IMG/VR virus record: IMGVR_UViG_3300028591_000106
Location: 82,597-146,596 of that record
Source: a virus
Lineage: Duplodnaviria; Caudoviricetes
Direction: 5' to 3' (one strand)
DNA: 64,000 nucleotides
This document shows, in pieces, positions 1 through 12,713 of the stretch. Each line of letters begins with the position of its first letter. Position 1 is the stretch's first letter. The translations under genes were made by a program, and so were the position numbers. Below the pieces are notes generated by a model. The model searched no databases, was not told the origin of the DNA, and saw only the letters and a list, made by a program, of their open reading frames with translations.

Positions 1-197
1 TTCAAATCAGAAAGAAATCTTCTGTCGTTTAATGACTTGCCGCCGTCCCAGCCGAAATGTCTAGCCATTCCCTTTACATAATCAATAGTAGATACAATCC
101 TTATATCGTATCCTTCCTATTCAGCAATAGTTTCAACCATTTTTTCAAAAGTGGTTTTTCCTGAACCGCCTGTTCCATTTACAATAAAAATCTTCAT
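1..197 (-). CDS. P-loop nucleoside monophosphate kinase-like protein (runs off window start; 1 TAG read as Q)
   Basis: Manual translation MKIFIVNGTGGSGKTTFEKMVETIAE(Q)EGYDIRIVSTIDYVKGMARHFGWDGGKS; Walker A; start overlaps the stop of the upstream gene. Confidence 0.7.
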
Positions 198-1057
198 TCG
201 CTATCCTCCATAAATTCCTCATAATTATAAGTATATAAGGGATGATAAATTGTATTTTCTCCAATTATAATATTGTAGTCATTTGGAGCATGATAACGGT
301 GCATATAAGGATTTAAATTTGTTTTAGTCCATTCAGCGGCTTCTTCTGAATCTACTTGATAAAGGAAGATTGCAGGACTGTCTTCTTCAATATCTTTCTT
401 AAGAATAAAGTCATAACACTTAAAATCTTTTTCAGTGCCTGAAAGTTTAAAAAGTATTACTTCTTTAGGGATATAACCTATTTCTACAAAATCTGTAGTA
501 TTTCCAAGAGGATACTGATAAAATTTATAAATAGGTTCTTCAGTATCTACTTGACGATAATGCTCTTTTTCTTTTTTACAATAAAAATTAAATAATTGAT
601 TGATTTGTGATGGAGTAAATCTTTCAACTGGATTTACTATTGATAAATGCTTAGATTCTTCAGGGATGGGAGTTACATTATAAATAGGATGAAATCCCCT
701 AATATATATGCCTTTTTTCATTTTCTTTAATTTCTTTTTACCAATTGGAGTAGCATCGGAATAAACCTTCTTTTGGTCATTAGATTCAGGCATATATGAG
801 AACATTTCTGGCTTTACTGTTGTTAATGGAGACAAACTTAAAATAAGTTTATATGCAAGATAATCATATGTCTCATTTTCAATTTCAAATATAATTGGAT
901 ACTTCATTTTAATAAGGTGTCCATAATTTCTTAAAAAGTTATTGATAAAATTTAAGATAGCTACATCAGTATCTTTAATAGGATCTTCCATATGAGGACC
1001 GTCAAATCTATAACGATTTATAATCTCAAGATAGTTTCTGATAAGATTTGCTGTCAT
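194..1057 (-). CDS. hypothetical protein
   Basis: 287-aa ORF with GGAGG SD and an upstream sigmaA promoter. Confidence 0.75.
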   Translation of the reverse strand: MTANLIRNYLEIINRYRFDGPHMEDPIKDTDVAILNFINNFLRNYGHLIKMKYPIIFEIENETYDYLAYKLILSLSPLTTVKPEMFSYMPESNDQKKVYSDATPIGKKKLKKMKKGIYIRGFHPIYNVTPIPEESKHLSIVNPVERFTPSQINQLFNFYCKKEKEHYRQVDTEEPIYKFYQYPLGNTTDFVEIGYIPKEVILFKLSGTEKDFKCYDFILKKDIEEDSPAIFLYQVDSEEAAEWTKTNLNPYMHRYHAPNDYNIIIGENTIYHPLYTYNYEEFMEDSE

Positions 1058-1091
1058 TAAAATCCCTCCATTTTCAAAATTTTCTATTTTT

Positions 1092-1120
1092 AGTATAACA
1101 TAGAAAAGTCAGAAAGTCAA
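1092..1120 (-). promoter_or_regulatory. sigmaA-type promoter
   Basis: Reverse strand TTGACT-N17-TATACT with TGn extension. Confidence 0.7.
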
Positions 1121-1150
1121 TTTTTTGATAATGAATAAGGAGTGAAAATA

Positions 1151-1405
1151 ATGAATTTTCAATATAAATTAAATAAGCATTTACTTGGTAGAAACGCGGC
1201 GTAGTTGGTTTTTGAAATCAACTCATTGCATAGCGGCGTGTCTATATATAGAAAAGATGCCACTACTTGTATTAACGCGAAGTCTCTGGTGGGAGTTCTT
1301 TCAGGTTATTACAAGATTGGAGACATTATTACAGTATATGTTGATAATGTTGAGGATTTGAGCAGAGTAAAGGAAATATTAAATGAATATGGAACTGAAG
1401 TGTGA
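1151..1405 (+). CDS. HPr/Crh-like phosphocarrier-fold protein (1 TAG)
   Basis: 84 aa; INAKSLVGVLS matches the HPr Ser46 motif; His15 region reads HLLGRNAA(Q)LV; AAGGAG SD. Confidence 0.75.
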
Positions 1406-1426
1406 GTTCTATTAGGAGGCGAAATA

Positions 1427-1711
1427 ATGGATTATCGTATGTATTCTGGGGGAGCCCCAGCAGGCAAAAATGTAATTCCATTAATCAAGGAGTCTTTAAA
1501 AGCACAGGGAATTAAAGTAGATGGTCCCCTTAAAATGGTTGCATTTGAAGGCTCTAGTGGAACGAAATTTAAGCTCAATTAGCATGAAGAAGAGACCGCT
1601 ATCCCTTCAACAGGAAGATTTGTAACCCCTTACGCAGGAGACCGTTTTATGCCAGTTTACAATCTCATCTTCACTGAAGCATTTAGCGGCGACATTTACT
1701 ACATTATTTAA
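1427..1711 (+). CDS. hypothetical protein, probably virion-associated (1 TAG)
   Basis: GGAGG SD, 94 aa open when TAG=Q, ends TAA. Confidence 0.7.
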
Positions 1712-1724
1712 GAGGTGAGATTAA

Positions 1725-4247
1725 ATGGAAGGATTCTTTAATCCGTTCGTCGGCGGAGCTGGCGGTGGCGGCGGCGGTGGAGTCGGACCACAAGGCCCCA
1801 AGGGCGATAAAGGTGATAAAGGTGATAAAGGTGATAAAGGTGATACTGGTAATGGTATTGCTTCTATCGTTCGTACAGGTAGCGAGGGCAATCTCGATTC
1901 CTATGTAATTAATTTTACTAACGGCAGTACATTTTCTTTCACCGTAACTAATGGTTTAGATGGAGCGACTGGTGCGACAGGACCAAAAGGTGACAAGGGT
2001 GATAAGGGAGACACTGGTGAACAAGGCCCTAAAGGAGATACCGGTGAACAAGGTATCCAAGGTATCTAGGGAGAACAGGGTGTCCCAGGTGTAAATGGAA
2101 GCAACGGTGCCGATGGTGTCGATGGTGTTTCAGTTACTGGAGCCTCTATTGATGCTCAAGGACACTTAATCTTAACTCTTAGTAGGGGCGCGGCAATTGA
2201 TGCCGGTCTTGCAAAGGGTGAAGATGGTACTTCTATTACTATTTTAGGTAGCTTTAATGATTCTTCTAGTCTTCCTTCTTCAGGAAATACTAAAGGAGAT
2301 TGCTACTTAATTGATGGAGACCTTTGGGTTTATACCAATAGTTCAAAAACTGGATCTGTTAATGGATTTGAAAATGTTGGTCGTATTCAAGGTCCTGCCG
2401 GTAGAGGTATTTCTGCAGTTGCAATTAGAGATGGAAATCTCTATGTTACTTTTACTGATGACTTAGCAAATCCAGTTTACATCGGTCCAGTAAAAGGAGA
2501 AAAAGGTGACACTGGTGAGACCGGTCCACAAGGTATTCAAGGTATTCAAGGTATTCAGGGTGAGCAAGGTCCTCAAGGAGAGTAGGGTATTCAGGGTATT
2601 AAGGGTGATACTGGTGTTGGTATTACTTCAATTACAAAAACTTCTACCTCTGGATTGACTGATACTTATACTATTACCTATAGTGACAATACATCAACTA
2701 CCTTTACAGTAACTAATGGTGCCAAGGGTAATGCTGGTGAGCAGGGCGAAACAGGTAATGGAATTGTTTCTATCTTGAAAACGGGAACATCTGAACTCGT
2801 TGACACCTATACAATTACCTATACGAATGGTGGCACAGATACTTTTACAGTAACTAATGGAGCTAATGGAGCTAATGGAGCTAATGGCGCTGATGGTGCA
2901 AAAGGCGATAAAGGTGATAAGGGTGACAAGGGTGATACTGGTAATGGTATTGCTTCTATTACTAAAACTGGAACCTCTGGACTTGTTGATACTTATACTA
3001 TTACTTATACAGATAATACTACAAAAACATTTACAGTTAAGAACGGTGTTTCTGTTACTGCTGCTTCTATTGTAAATGACGAACTTATCTTAACTCTTAG
3101 CGAAGGAAATCCAATTAATGTAGGAAAAGTAATTTTGAGAAGCACTCAAATTTCTTTTGTATTAAGTTCATCTAATTGGACTCGTCTTTAGGATGGATCT
3201 TATCAATATGTTTATAGCAATAATAATATTAAAGCAGACAGTTTTGTTGATGTCGGTCCAGCTCTTGGTATCACTTAGGACCAGCTCAATGCTTTGCTTG
3301 GTACTAAATTAACCGTTGCTAGCCTTGCTAATGGCAGCATAACTCTTGTTGCTTACGGCGAAGCTCCAAATATTGATATTCCTATGCTTCTTGTTATTGA
3401 AGGTAGTTATCAGGAAGTTACTCCTGTTATCACTGTTGATGATACTTTAAGCAAAGTTTCTACCAATCCAATTCAAAACTAGGCAGTAGCTAATAAGTTT
3501 GAAGAGCAAGACAATAAAATTGATTCTCTTATGGAGACAAAAAGCAACAATTTACTTACTTTCAATACTGTTACTGCAGGTTCAGGTTATACAGCAATAA
3601 AGCGTTCAGATGGTTCACTTGCTATTTCTGCAGACGGTACTTAGAGAGGTAGCACTGGAACTGTTACACTTACAAGTGACACAGTTTTGCCGCCTGGAGA
3701 CTATGTATTCTCAGGTTGTAAAGGAGGCTCTTCTTCTACATACTATATGAATCTTCGTAAAAAGGGTGGCGCTGTTATTGCTGTTAGTTTTGACGATCCT
3801 ACGCCTTTTACCTTGGCTGAATCTACTGAAGTTTCTTTGGAAGTTGTCGCTGTTGGTGGCGTGACTATGACAGATAGATTATTCTATCCGATGATTGTTA
3901 GCGCGCTAGTTGATAATCCAACCTTTGATCGAGAAGATGCTGCAAGCCATCCTATCGTAGTAGTAGGTCATGATAAAGTAGATGTTGTTTTTGGTCGTAA
4001 GGATTATTATTTAGTTTAGGTTACTGTATTGAGTAGAAATACTCCTGGCTAGGTCATTAAATTCGCTTATTATTGGGTAGAAAGAAACAGTGGAGTAGAT
4101 CGTGCTACAGTAATTTTTGACACTACAAGTGGACCAGAAGGGGCTCCAACATTCAGCAAATATTATGATGAAAATGGCACTCCTTGCGTTAGAATTTCAG
4201 ATACTTATAATAACAGAGATATTGTTGCAACTGTTATCGGATATTAA
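1725..4247 (+). CDS. collagen-like tail fibre protein, 840 aa (TAG=Q)
   Basis: Four ORF-track fragments in one frame separated only by TAG; Gly-X-Y repeats (GDK, GIQ, GEQ) and repeated GNGIASIxKTGTSGLVDTYTITY units. Confidence 0.9.
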
Positions 4248-4259
4248 GGAGGGGAGTGA

Positions 4260-4913
4260 ATGGGAGCAATTTTACACTTGCCGCAGGGCGGCGCTCAGAT
4301 TGTTGTTGTTTCTGAAATCCCTGAAGTTCCTATTCCTGGCGAAGATGCAACAACTCAAGAAATTCTAACAACACTTGGAACTTATACTCATGTTGTTGCT
4401 CCAGACGGAACTTATAGAACAATCGAAGATATATGGGCAGATTATGAGAGTTGGGAGACAACTGCAGGTAACGGAGATATGGTACTAATTAATGATCAAA
4501 AGCATAATGGATTGAATTTCCAGCCTCAATCTAGTTAGCATCCATATACAGTCAGCTTTATGTATATCGACCGCGTTATGAATTTTGCTTCAAAAAGAGT
4601 CATTGGGCAAGCAAGAATTAGTGAAGGAAGCTGGGGTAATACTGTTGTTAAAATTCATATTATCCCTTATTCTATTACTTCAACTGTTGATAGTGATATA
4701 ACTAAAGTTAAGAATTATCTTGATGGTGGAGCGGCAAACGGTATTGTTACTTTAAGTTTTAGACACAATGGCTATGGTCCTGCTAATGATGATGTTGGAA
4801 TTATGCTTGGCGAGCTTGCTTCTGCAGGTCGTTATAAGATCGCGATTTCAATGGAATCTGACCAAACGAATGTTTGTCCTTCAATTTACGAATTAAATTT
4901 CCGTACTTATTAA
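4260..4913 (+). CDS. hypothetical tail-associated protein (1 TAG)
   Basis: Fragments 4260-4538 and 4560-4913 are in frame across one TAG. Confidence 0.75.
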
Positions 4914-4917
4914 AGTC

Positions 4918-4946
4918 TTGACTTTTCTCGCAAAGTATGGTATATT
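4918..4946 (+). promoter_or_regulatory. sigmaA-type promoter
   Basis: TTGACT-N17-TATATT, TGn extension. Confidence 0.6.
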
Positions 4947-4958
4947 TATTATAATGGG

Positions 4959-5300
4959 GTGAAAGAAATGCAAAATATTAATGTCCCAGTAAGAAAAAAG
5001 AAGAAGAGCATTGAAGAATTTTCCAAGTTACTTCTTCGTATGATTGTAGGGCTTACTATGGTTATTACTTTCTTTTGTATTTTCTTTTGCTTTAAATTTG
5101 AAACAACCGAGCCTTTAACTTATCTCGTGCCGTCAGTTTTCACAGAGCTGGCGGCCGGGACTGGCTTTTATTATTGGAAAGCTAAGTCTGAAAATAAGAT
5201 TAAGATTACACTCGGTGCTATTGATGATTTAAGGCAGAAAGAAGACTTAACAGAGAATGAAGTAAGAATTATGGAAGCTCTAATAAATAGTTTGGGGTGA
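4959..5300 (+). CDS. two-TM membrane protein, holin-like
   Basis: Basic N-terminus, two hydrophobic segments, TGFYYWKAKSEN motif typical of Clostridia phage membrane proteins. Confidence 0.55.
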   Translation: MKEMQNINVPVRKKKKSIEEFSKLLLRMIVGLTMVITFFCIFFCFKFETTEPLTYLVPSVFTELAAGTGFYYWKAKSENKIKITLGAIDDLRQKEDLTENEVRIMEALINSLG

Positions 5301-5304
5301 GAGA

Positions 5305-5565
5305 ATGAAGAAAAATATTCCTGCAACCCCACAATATTTGGACTTTCTTAAAGAAGCTGAAAGTATTGATGATTTAGGAATATGGCTAGGCGGCGCAACG
5401 GTCACTGGTACTTATGAGTTTAAAGTTGGTGAAGATGAACCTGTTCTTTTAACAGGTGAAGATACTACCAATTTTGTAGCTCCTGACCTTGCAGCGGCAG
5501 AAAACGAGAAATTTAAGTTTCTTCGTACTAGCGATCATAAATTTTTATGTTAGAAGGAGGAATGA
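5305..5565 (+). CDS. hypothetical protein (TAG read-through to TGA)
   Basis: ORF 5305-5553 extends (Q)KEE then TGA. Confidence 0.6.
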
Positions 5566-5567
5566 TA

Positions 5568-8500
5568 ATGGCAGAACCAAGAGAATTTTATTTTCCTCTC
5601 CAAGATAAAGCTGCTGATATTGATAGAGTTCTCCATGATTTAGTTGGAATTACAGATGCCGAAAATAGCATTGGTATGTATGTAAAAGTTATTGAACAAG
5701 AAGGAAAACCTCATTTCTGGTTTGGAGAGGGCGGCGAGAAATAGAAACCTATTGAAGTTGATAGTAGAGAGGTTCCAGTTGGAGACGGATAGGAATGGGT
5801 TGAGCCATCTGAATGGTATGCATAGGTTGGATTAAGCGAATATCGTATTGAAGATCATCCCGGAGTTGGTTATGTCTTAAAAAATGTTAATTCAAAACCT
5901 TAGTGTAAAATATGGGGCGGTTTTAAATAGGATGGCGTAATACATTATTTTACTTAGGAAGAATATGAAGAGTATTTCTTGTCATATAGTAACGCTTAGT
6001 ATAAATATGCTAATATTCGTCCTTTAACGGATGAATAGATAAATGCAATTAAATCTCTTGTTTAGAATCCAGATTTTTTTGATTAGTTTAATATTACTCA
6101 TTACTGTGGACCTGCTAATTTTAATTTTACTACTGCATATAGTGTAAGTGGTGTGGAATATGTAAACTTTCTTGAAGAAGATGGAATATTGAAACTTTAG
6201 CTTACATCTTTAGCAGTAAATTCAAAATGGGATTCTTCAACTTAGACATATATTTATACTTTAGTTTCAACATTAGAAAGTTTTAATAGCCAAATTTTAT
6301 TGGAATTTTCATCAGATAAAGATCTTGTACTTAATTTTGATTGTGAAACTAAAGTAACTGGTGGTGGTTCTCTTTTAGAGTATATAGATACTGTCACAAC
6401 AGAGATAGAAATTCATAGAGAAGATTTTTATATTGATGAAACCAGATATTTTGGTTCTGAATTTACTTAGAATCCTTATTATGCTTCTTAGCTTGTCTTT
6501 GGTAATGATCCAAAAGGTAATTTAGGTTTTAATAATAGTTGCAATTTAACTTTAAGAGGAAAGGCAAAAATTATTGGAGATGACTCCTCTTGGGCTCATT
6601 TCGCTCATAATTCAAAGATTGAGCTATACGATAATTCTTCCATTATAGGTAAAGAAAATGGATTGTTGATTATTGGCGGAAATGCATCTGCGTTAATCGG
6701 CTAGAGAGGAATGAGTAGTAACTACAAAGGAAAACGCCATTTAATATCCAAACACTCTTCTGCTCCAAATCTTCTAATTGGAGAATATGCTTGGATTGAT
6801 GCAGAAGGAACCGGATATCTAAGTATAAAAGACGATTGCGATTTATTTATGGAAGATCATGCATGGTTTGCAATGTCAGGAGAATCAAGGGTAAGTTTAG
6901 ATGGCTATTCTAGACTTCATATGTCAGCCGGCTCACCATATGCTAAAAGAAATCCTTGCAGCAACCAGGTCGTAGCAGATGATCATAGATTCATTTTTTA
7001 GAGTCTTTTTGAACAAGCAGATAATGAACATATAAGAAGTGGAGATATAAGTTCTCCTACGATTTTCGAAGTAGGAAGCCAGTATGATCCTGTAATGAAG
7101 CATTATCGTTCTTAGGCAGATGTTCCATATATCTCATAGGCACATAAGTATGTTTCAGAATCTGAATATATGTCAACATTTAAGACAGATTTAGATAATA
7201 GTATTGTTTTCATAAGTGTCTTAAGGGATTATTGGTATAGTGATCTAGATCCATTAAATAATCAGTTACAGGCATTACTTCCTGATTATAGTATTAAAAG
7301 GTATTATTTATTTAGTGACTAGAATGCTCTTGATAGAGTGTTAAATTTCTTAGATGAAAACCCTTCATATAAAGAGTAGTTAACCGATTTTATTGAAAGA
7401 TAGCATCCTTATTTTACTGAAGAAGAGTTTAATTTATTTGAGAGTTTTTCTTCAAGTCCTTATTTTAATTATTCTTCAGTAAAGTCTTTAAATCCGATAG
7501 CAGTAAAACAAGATCCTTCTTTTGTCAATACCATTAAGTAGCTTAATTCATTTCCATTCTTTGATATTGAATATAAAATGGAAGGATAGTATGTATATAC
7601 AGCCTTGTATCTTTTTTCACAAGAGCCGGATAAAAGTGATTTTAACTATATTTTAGATAAAGATATGTTTGATCCTAAATTAGTTCGTTATAACTACGAT
7701 CATAAAACTTCTTATTCTCGTTATAGCATGGACAATTATTTTGACAGTGAATAGTATTATTGTGTTGTTACTCCATATGATCCAACAGTTGCAAGTAGCG
7801 GTTGCTATATTCTTCCTTCTCTTGCAGAATAGACGAGAGGAAAACTTATATCTGATGGAGGCTCATTAAATGAAAGAAAAGTAGGTACGACTTTCTTATT
7901 TGGTGGTCCAGATACTACTGCGATAATTGAAGGCTATGGAAAAACAAATATTCGAATAGGTGGAGATCCTTAGTCTTTCATAGGTCTTGATATTACTTCT
8001 GGAGATAATTCTGTTACTAATTTTAAAATCGGTGCTAATGAATGGGGAGAAGTAAACTATTTCTTGACAGGTAATGATCTATTTATTGAATATAGCGATT
8101 AGGCTCATATTGAAGTTCATGACAACTCTAATTTTATTTTAAGTGGCAGAAAACCAAGTACCGAGAAAGCCCTTAATGACTAGAATCTTGTATTAGGACA
8201 TCACGATGAATTGTGGACTGTTCCCAAAAAGAATAGAAGCAATACAAGTCCTACATTATAGCTATATCATGGTTCAAGTTTTTCCATGTATGGAGTACTT
8301 TTAAACACAAGTCTAATGACTATTGCTACAGAGATACTGGGATAGATTCAAGTAGATACTATTACACTAGTGAATTTACAAAATTCTCAAAAAGAAGAAA
8401 ATTAGAAGTATGTCAAGGGCGCATAGTTCTTATTAAATTATATTGATTATGATAATGAGCCTCACAATCGTACTGAAGATGTAGTTATTATTGATCGAGA

Positions 8501-9410
8501 TACTCTTTTCTCTATATTAGATTTATATATGCTATTTAATAAGAATGATCGTGGGAGCAAGCATCTTGAAACTATGGTTAGAGATGTTATTGAATTTACT
8601 GAAACTCCTTAGGATTATACTAATCCATCTGAATATCTACCTTCAGGAGCACAAACAGCAGTTTTTACAGTGACATAGGCAAGAAAATATAGTGATTATC
8701 AATATAATTGGATATTTTATTTCAAGGTTCAAAATTGTTTAAGTGGTATTAACGATACTTATAGAATGAACAAAGTTCCTTATAATCCTTTGTGTGAAAT
8801 TGCTGATAATTCTGAATTTAGAATGTGGGGCAATACTAAGTTTATGATTAAAGATACTGGTATTACTCTTAAAGATAGCTCTGTAAATGATGATTATACC
8901 TTTACTGTTAATGAATTATAGTCTGCTATTAATGGCGGCGGAGCTTCTAGTGCAAGTCAAGTTAGTTATGATAATACAACATCTGGTTTAATCGCGACAG
9001 ATGTACAAGGCGCAATTGATGAACTTGCAGCAGGAAGTGGAAGTGGTGGCACTTCTGTTTATAAAGAAGAAGTTCTTTGGGATTCAACCACTTCTACTGA
9101 CACCTAGGGTCAATATACTTTATCTAAACCTTTTACAGATTTTGATGCAATTTGTTTCAAAGTTAATTGGAGTAATAGTAATGGTAATTATAGATTTGTA
9201 AAAATACTACCGGTTTCTATTTTTACAGAAGAAATTGGTACTCTTTCTCGAATTGCAGTAGCAACTGGAGATGTCCAATACCTATATGTTCAAGTGTCTA
9301 ATGATAGTAAATTTGTTAGACAAGATACTGTTAATGGTATGTTAATGAGTAAAATTATTGGTATAAAATATGGTACTTCAGTCGCTTCTCTTAATGGCGT
9401 TGGTTTTTGA
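5568..9410 (+). CDS. large tail fibre/virion protein, 1280 aa (about 35 TAG)
   Basis: Translated by hand: no in-frame TAA/TGA over 3.8 kb; GGAGG SD; beta-helix-like segments and a C-terminal ASQVSYDNTTSGLIATDVQGAIDEL fibre motif. Confidence 0.85.
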
Positions 9411-9420
9411 GGTGAGTTAA

Positions 9421-10218
9421 ATGAATTATATTATTGATGGAACTTAGCTTACTGCAATAGCTGATGCAATTAGAGAAAAAACTGGGGAAGTTAATACTAT
9501 GACTGTCGATGAGATGCCTGATGAAATTTCAGGCATCTCAGGCGGAATACCAGTACTCACTGAATCATAGTGGAATTCATTAACAACTGCATAGAAATAG
9601 TCTTATAATTTAGTTGCTATACGAGATAAAGATCAAGGTTTTGAACGCGGTATTCTTGTAAATGGTGCTGATTATGTTGAAAAATCTTGGGATTTTACAG
9701 TAGTTAAAACTGGTTCTATAAGTGGGACTGAGACATATGAGTTTGAAGAATCTGGAACATATCAATTATTTATGATAGCAATTAACAGTGAGGCTTCAAC
9801 ATTTAATTTGAATAATACAGCTAGTTTAAATAATAACGCTATTACTGGTGAAGATATGAAATACAATGCTTGGGATGGTAGTTAGACAGATAAAAGAAAT
9901 TATCGTATAACTAAATTTGAATTCAATGCGAATGTAAACGATATTTTAAGTTTTGAAACCTCTAATGTATCAAGCTATACTAATACGATATATGCAATTA
10001 TAAAATCTGATATTGCGTCAGTTGTTAAAACACTATCAACAGCAGACGATGTCACATCTGGAACATATGACGAACAGGCAATTGTTATGTATGGTACTTC
10101 TAATTCAAATGCTGGTGGAACAATAGCAATAGAAGCTTATTTACCTAATACTCTTATTACGACGCCTTCGCCTGGATAGAGTTATAAATCATCATATATT
10201 TTCTGGTTCGAAATTTAA
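9421..10218 (+). CDS. tail fibre-associated protein, 265 aa (6 TAG)
   Basis: N-terminal LTAIADAIREKTG motif common in Firmicute phage fibre proteins; missing from the ORF track because of the ambers. Confidence 0.8.
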
Positions 10219-10245
10219 TTTATATATCATAAGGAGTTGAGAGAA

Positions 10246-11376
10246 ATGGAGTATGATTTTAACAAATACGCTACCTTTGGTTCAGATGGCGGCGGAGAAT
10301 TTTATGGTAAAAATTCTCCACAAAATATTGGCTATACTGATGGCATTCCCTATCCAGAGCCAAACTGGGAGCCTTTTGAAACTGCAACTTCTTCAGTTTC
10401 AACATTAAAAAAAAATGAAAAAATTTTAGGCATGACCTATGGTTACTTTGCCAATCGTGGAGAAATTACATCAGCTAGTGGACTTAAATCACAACAGGCG
10501 ATGTTTAATCTTGGAATTAACTGGACTTGTTTAACGGTAGTAAATTATCAAGAAACATATCACTCAACTCGAATTTATGCAGATCATCTAAGAACTCCTT
10601 CTGACTATGATATAGAGCAATTCATTTCCAACGCTCATAACCGCAATATTAAAGTTTGTTTAAAACCGATGATTCATTCAGAAGATAATGTCTGGCGTGC
10701 TCATATTGGCTTTCCAGATTTAAACATGGATGATCTAAATGCGTATTGGTAGCCGTGGTTTGAGTCTTACAAAAACTTTATTCTTCGCTATGCCGAATTG
10801 GCTTAGCGTTGCGGCGTAGAAATGTTGTGTATTGGATGCGAAATGCTAGGTACAGAACATCGTCGATATGATTGGGAATACATCATTAAAGAAGTTCGTA
10901 GAGTCTATCATGGTGCAGTAGTCTATAATACAAATCATGACCATGAAGATGCACAAGAGTGGTTTGATTGTCTTGACTATATTGGAACATCTGCGTACTT
11001 TCCAGTTGGTAGACCAGATAGCTCATATGCAACTATGCTAAAAAATTGGCAAGAGGTCCGTTATCGTCTTGATGCGATTGCAGAAAGCCGCGGCAAGAGA
11101 TTTATTTTTATGGAAGTAGGATGCCGCTCTGTTAAGGGAGCATCTCAACATCCTTGGGACTTCACTCAAGAATTGGAATATAGTGAATGTGAACAGGAAG
11201 ATTTTTATCGCTCTTGTATGAATATATTCTATGATGATCCTTACTTTGCTGGCGTATTCTGGTGGGATTGGCCTACTAATCTTCCTAAGAAAAAAGATAA
11301 AGAATTTTATATTTATTAGAAACAAACAGAGCGTTATTTGACTGATTTCAATAAGACTAAATTGTTAAAGAAATAA
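10246..11376 (+). CDS. GH113 beta-mannanase-like glycoside hydrolase, 376 aa (3 TAG)
   Basis: GMTYG, KVCLKPM, WRAHI, WFESY, IGCEM (acid/base Glu), SAYFP, FMEVGC (nucleophile Glu), FAGVFWWDW. Confidence 0.85.
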
Positions 11377-11446
11377 CGCCTCAAAATTACATTAATAGAG
11401 AGAAGACTAATAACCTTCTCTCTATTTCTTTTATGGAGGGATTTTA

Positions 11447-11629
11447 ATGCTAAAATTAACAGATGAGCAAAAGAAGGAAATCGTAAAAGCAAGATTCTAT
11501 GGCTTCCTTCCTTATTAGATTGCCAATGTTATGGATATTACTTCGCCAGATGTTCTTCAAATCGTAAAAGAGAACGAAGACTATACTGCAGAATTGGAGG
11601 GAAGAAACTATGTAGATGAAGGGAATTGA
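11447..11629 (+). CDS. small HTH-like protein upstream of lysin (1 TAG)
   Basis: GGAGG SD; MLKLTDEQKKEIVKARFYGFLPY(Q)IANVMDIT. Confidence 0.55.
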
Positions 11630-12701
11630 TGTTAGTGTATGGAATGGCACTATTGATTGGGCAAAAGCAAAAACAGACATTGACTTTGCAATTCTTCGTG
11701 CAGGCTATGGAAGATTAGTTTCTCAAAAAGATGGGTAGTTTGAAAATAATTACAAGGGATGCAAAGAAAATAACATTCCATTTGGCGTCTATTGGTATAA
11801 CTATGCAACAACAGTAGAAGATGCTAAAGAGGAAGCCGCAGCTTGTATTGAAGTTTTAAAGGGCAAGACTTTTGATATGCCGGTCTGGTATGACATTGAA
11901 GAAAATAATGTCTTTGATACTGGCAAGGAAAATGTTTCTAAGATTGCAAAGGTCTTTTGTGAAGTTCTTAAGGCTGCAGGTTATAAGGTCGGTATCTATT
12001 CTTCTCTTTGCACATTCAAAGCATATTTTACAGAAGAAGTTAAAAATAAATATGATATCTGGCTTGCTCATGTAGGAGCTGGTGGTCAGCCACTTACAAA
12101 AACTTCCTATGACGGTCACAAAGAAATGTGGCAGTATTCTTGGAAGGGTGTAATTAGTGGTATTAAAGGAGATGTTGATACAGATTACTGCTATAAGGAT
12201 TACAGCTCCGCCGCAGTACCTGAACCAGTAAAACCTACTACACCAATCGTTAAGCCTGCGAACGGCGGCGAAAAGATCGATGTTATTTATAGTGCTTATA
12301 TTGGAAGATGGCTAGGAACCATTACTAACTATAACGATGTTAATACTAATGGTTATGCAGGTATTCCAAAGAGAGGGATCTCCGGTCTCGCTGCTAAAGC
12401 AACAAAAGGTATTTTAAGATATAGAGTCCATACTGTAAATGGACAGTGGCTTGGTTGGATTACTAATTTTAACTAGGCAAATTGGGCAACTGGTGTTGCA
12501 GGTATTGCTGGTAGAAATATTGACGGTATCTAGGCTGAGCTTGTTGGTGTTCCCGGATATTAGGTTGAATATCGTGTTGGAACTTATAGAACTCCTGGTT
12601 ATTTATCTTGGATTCGTGGATACGGCGCCGGCTCTATGGGATATGCGGGAATCTATGGATAGACTATTGACAGAATTCAAATGAGAATTGTCAAAATTTA
12701 A
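11610..12701 (+). CDS. GH25 endolysin with C-terminal ChW-type cell-wall-binding repeats (5 TAG)
   Basis: KGIDVSVWNGTIDW, ILRAGYG, YDIEE, WQYS, VDTD; Trp-containing repeats YRVHT..WLGW and YAG..G..IDRIQ. Confidence 0.92.
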
Positions 12702-12713
12702 TGAGGTGATTTA

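Noticed and set aside
1800-2940. GGTGATAAA and GGAGCTAAT short tandem repeats as DNA elements
   Set aside because: Explained by the collagen-like Gly-X-Y coding sequence.
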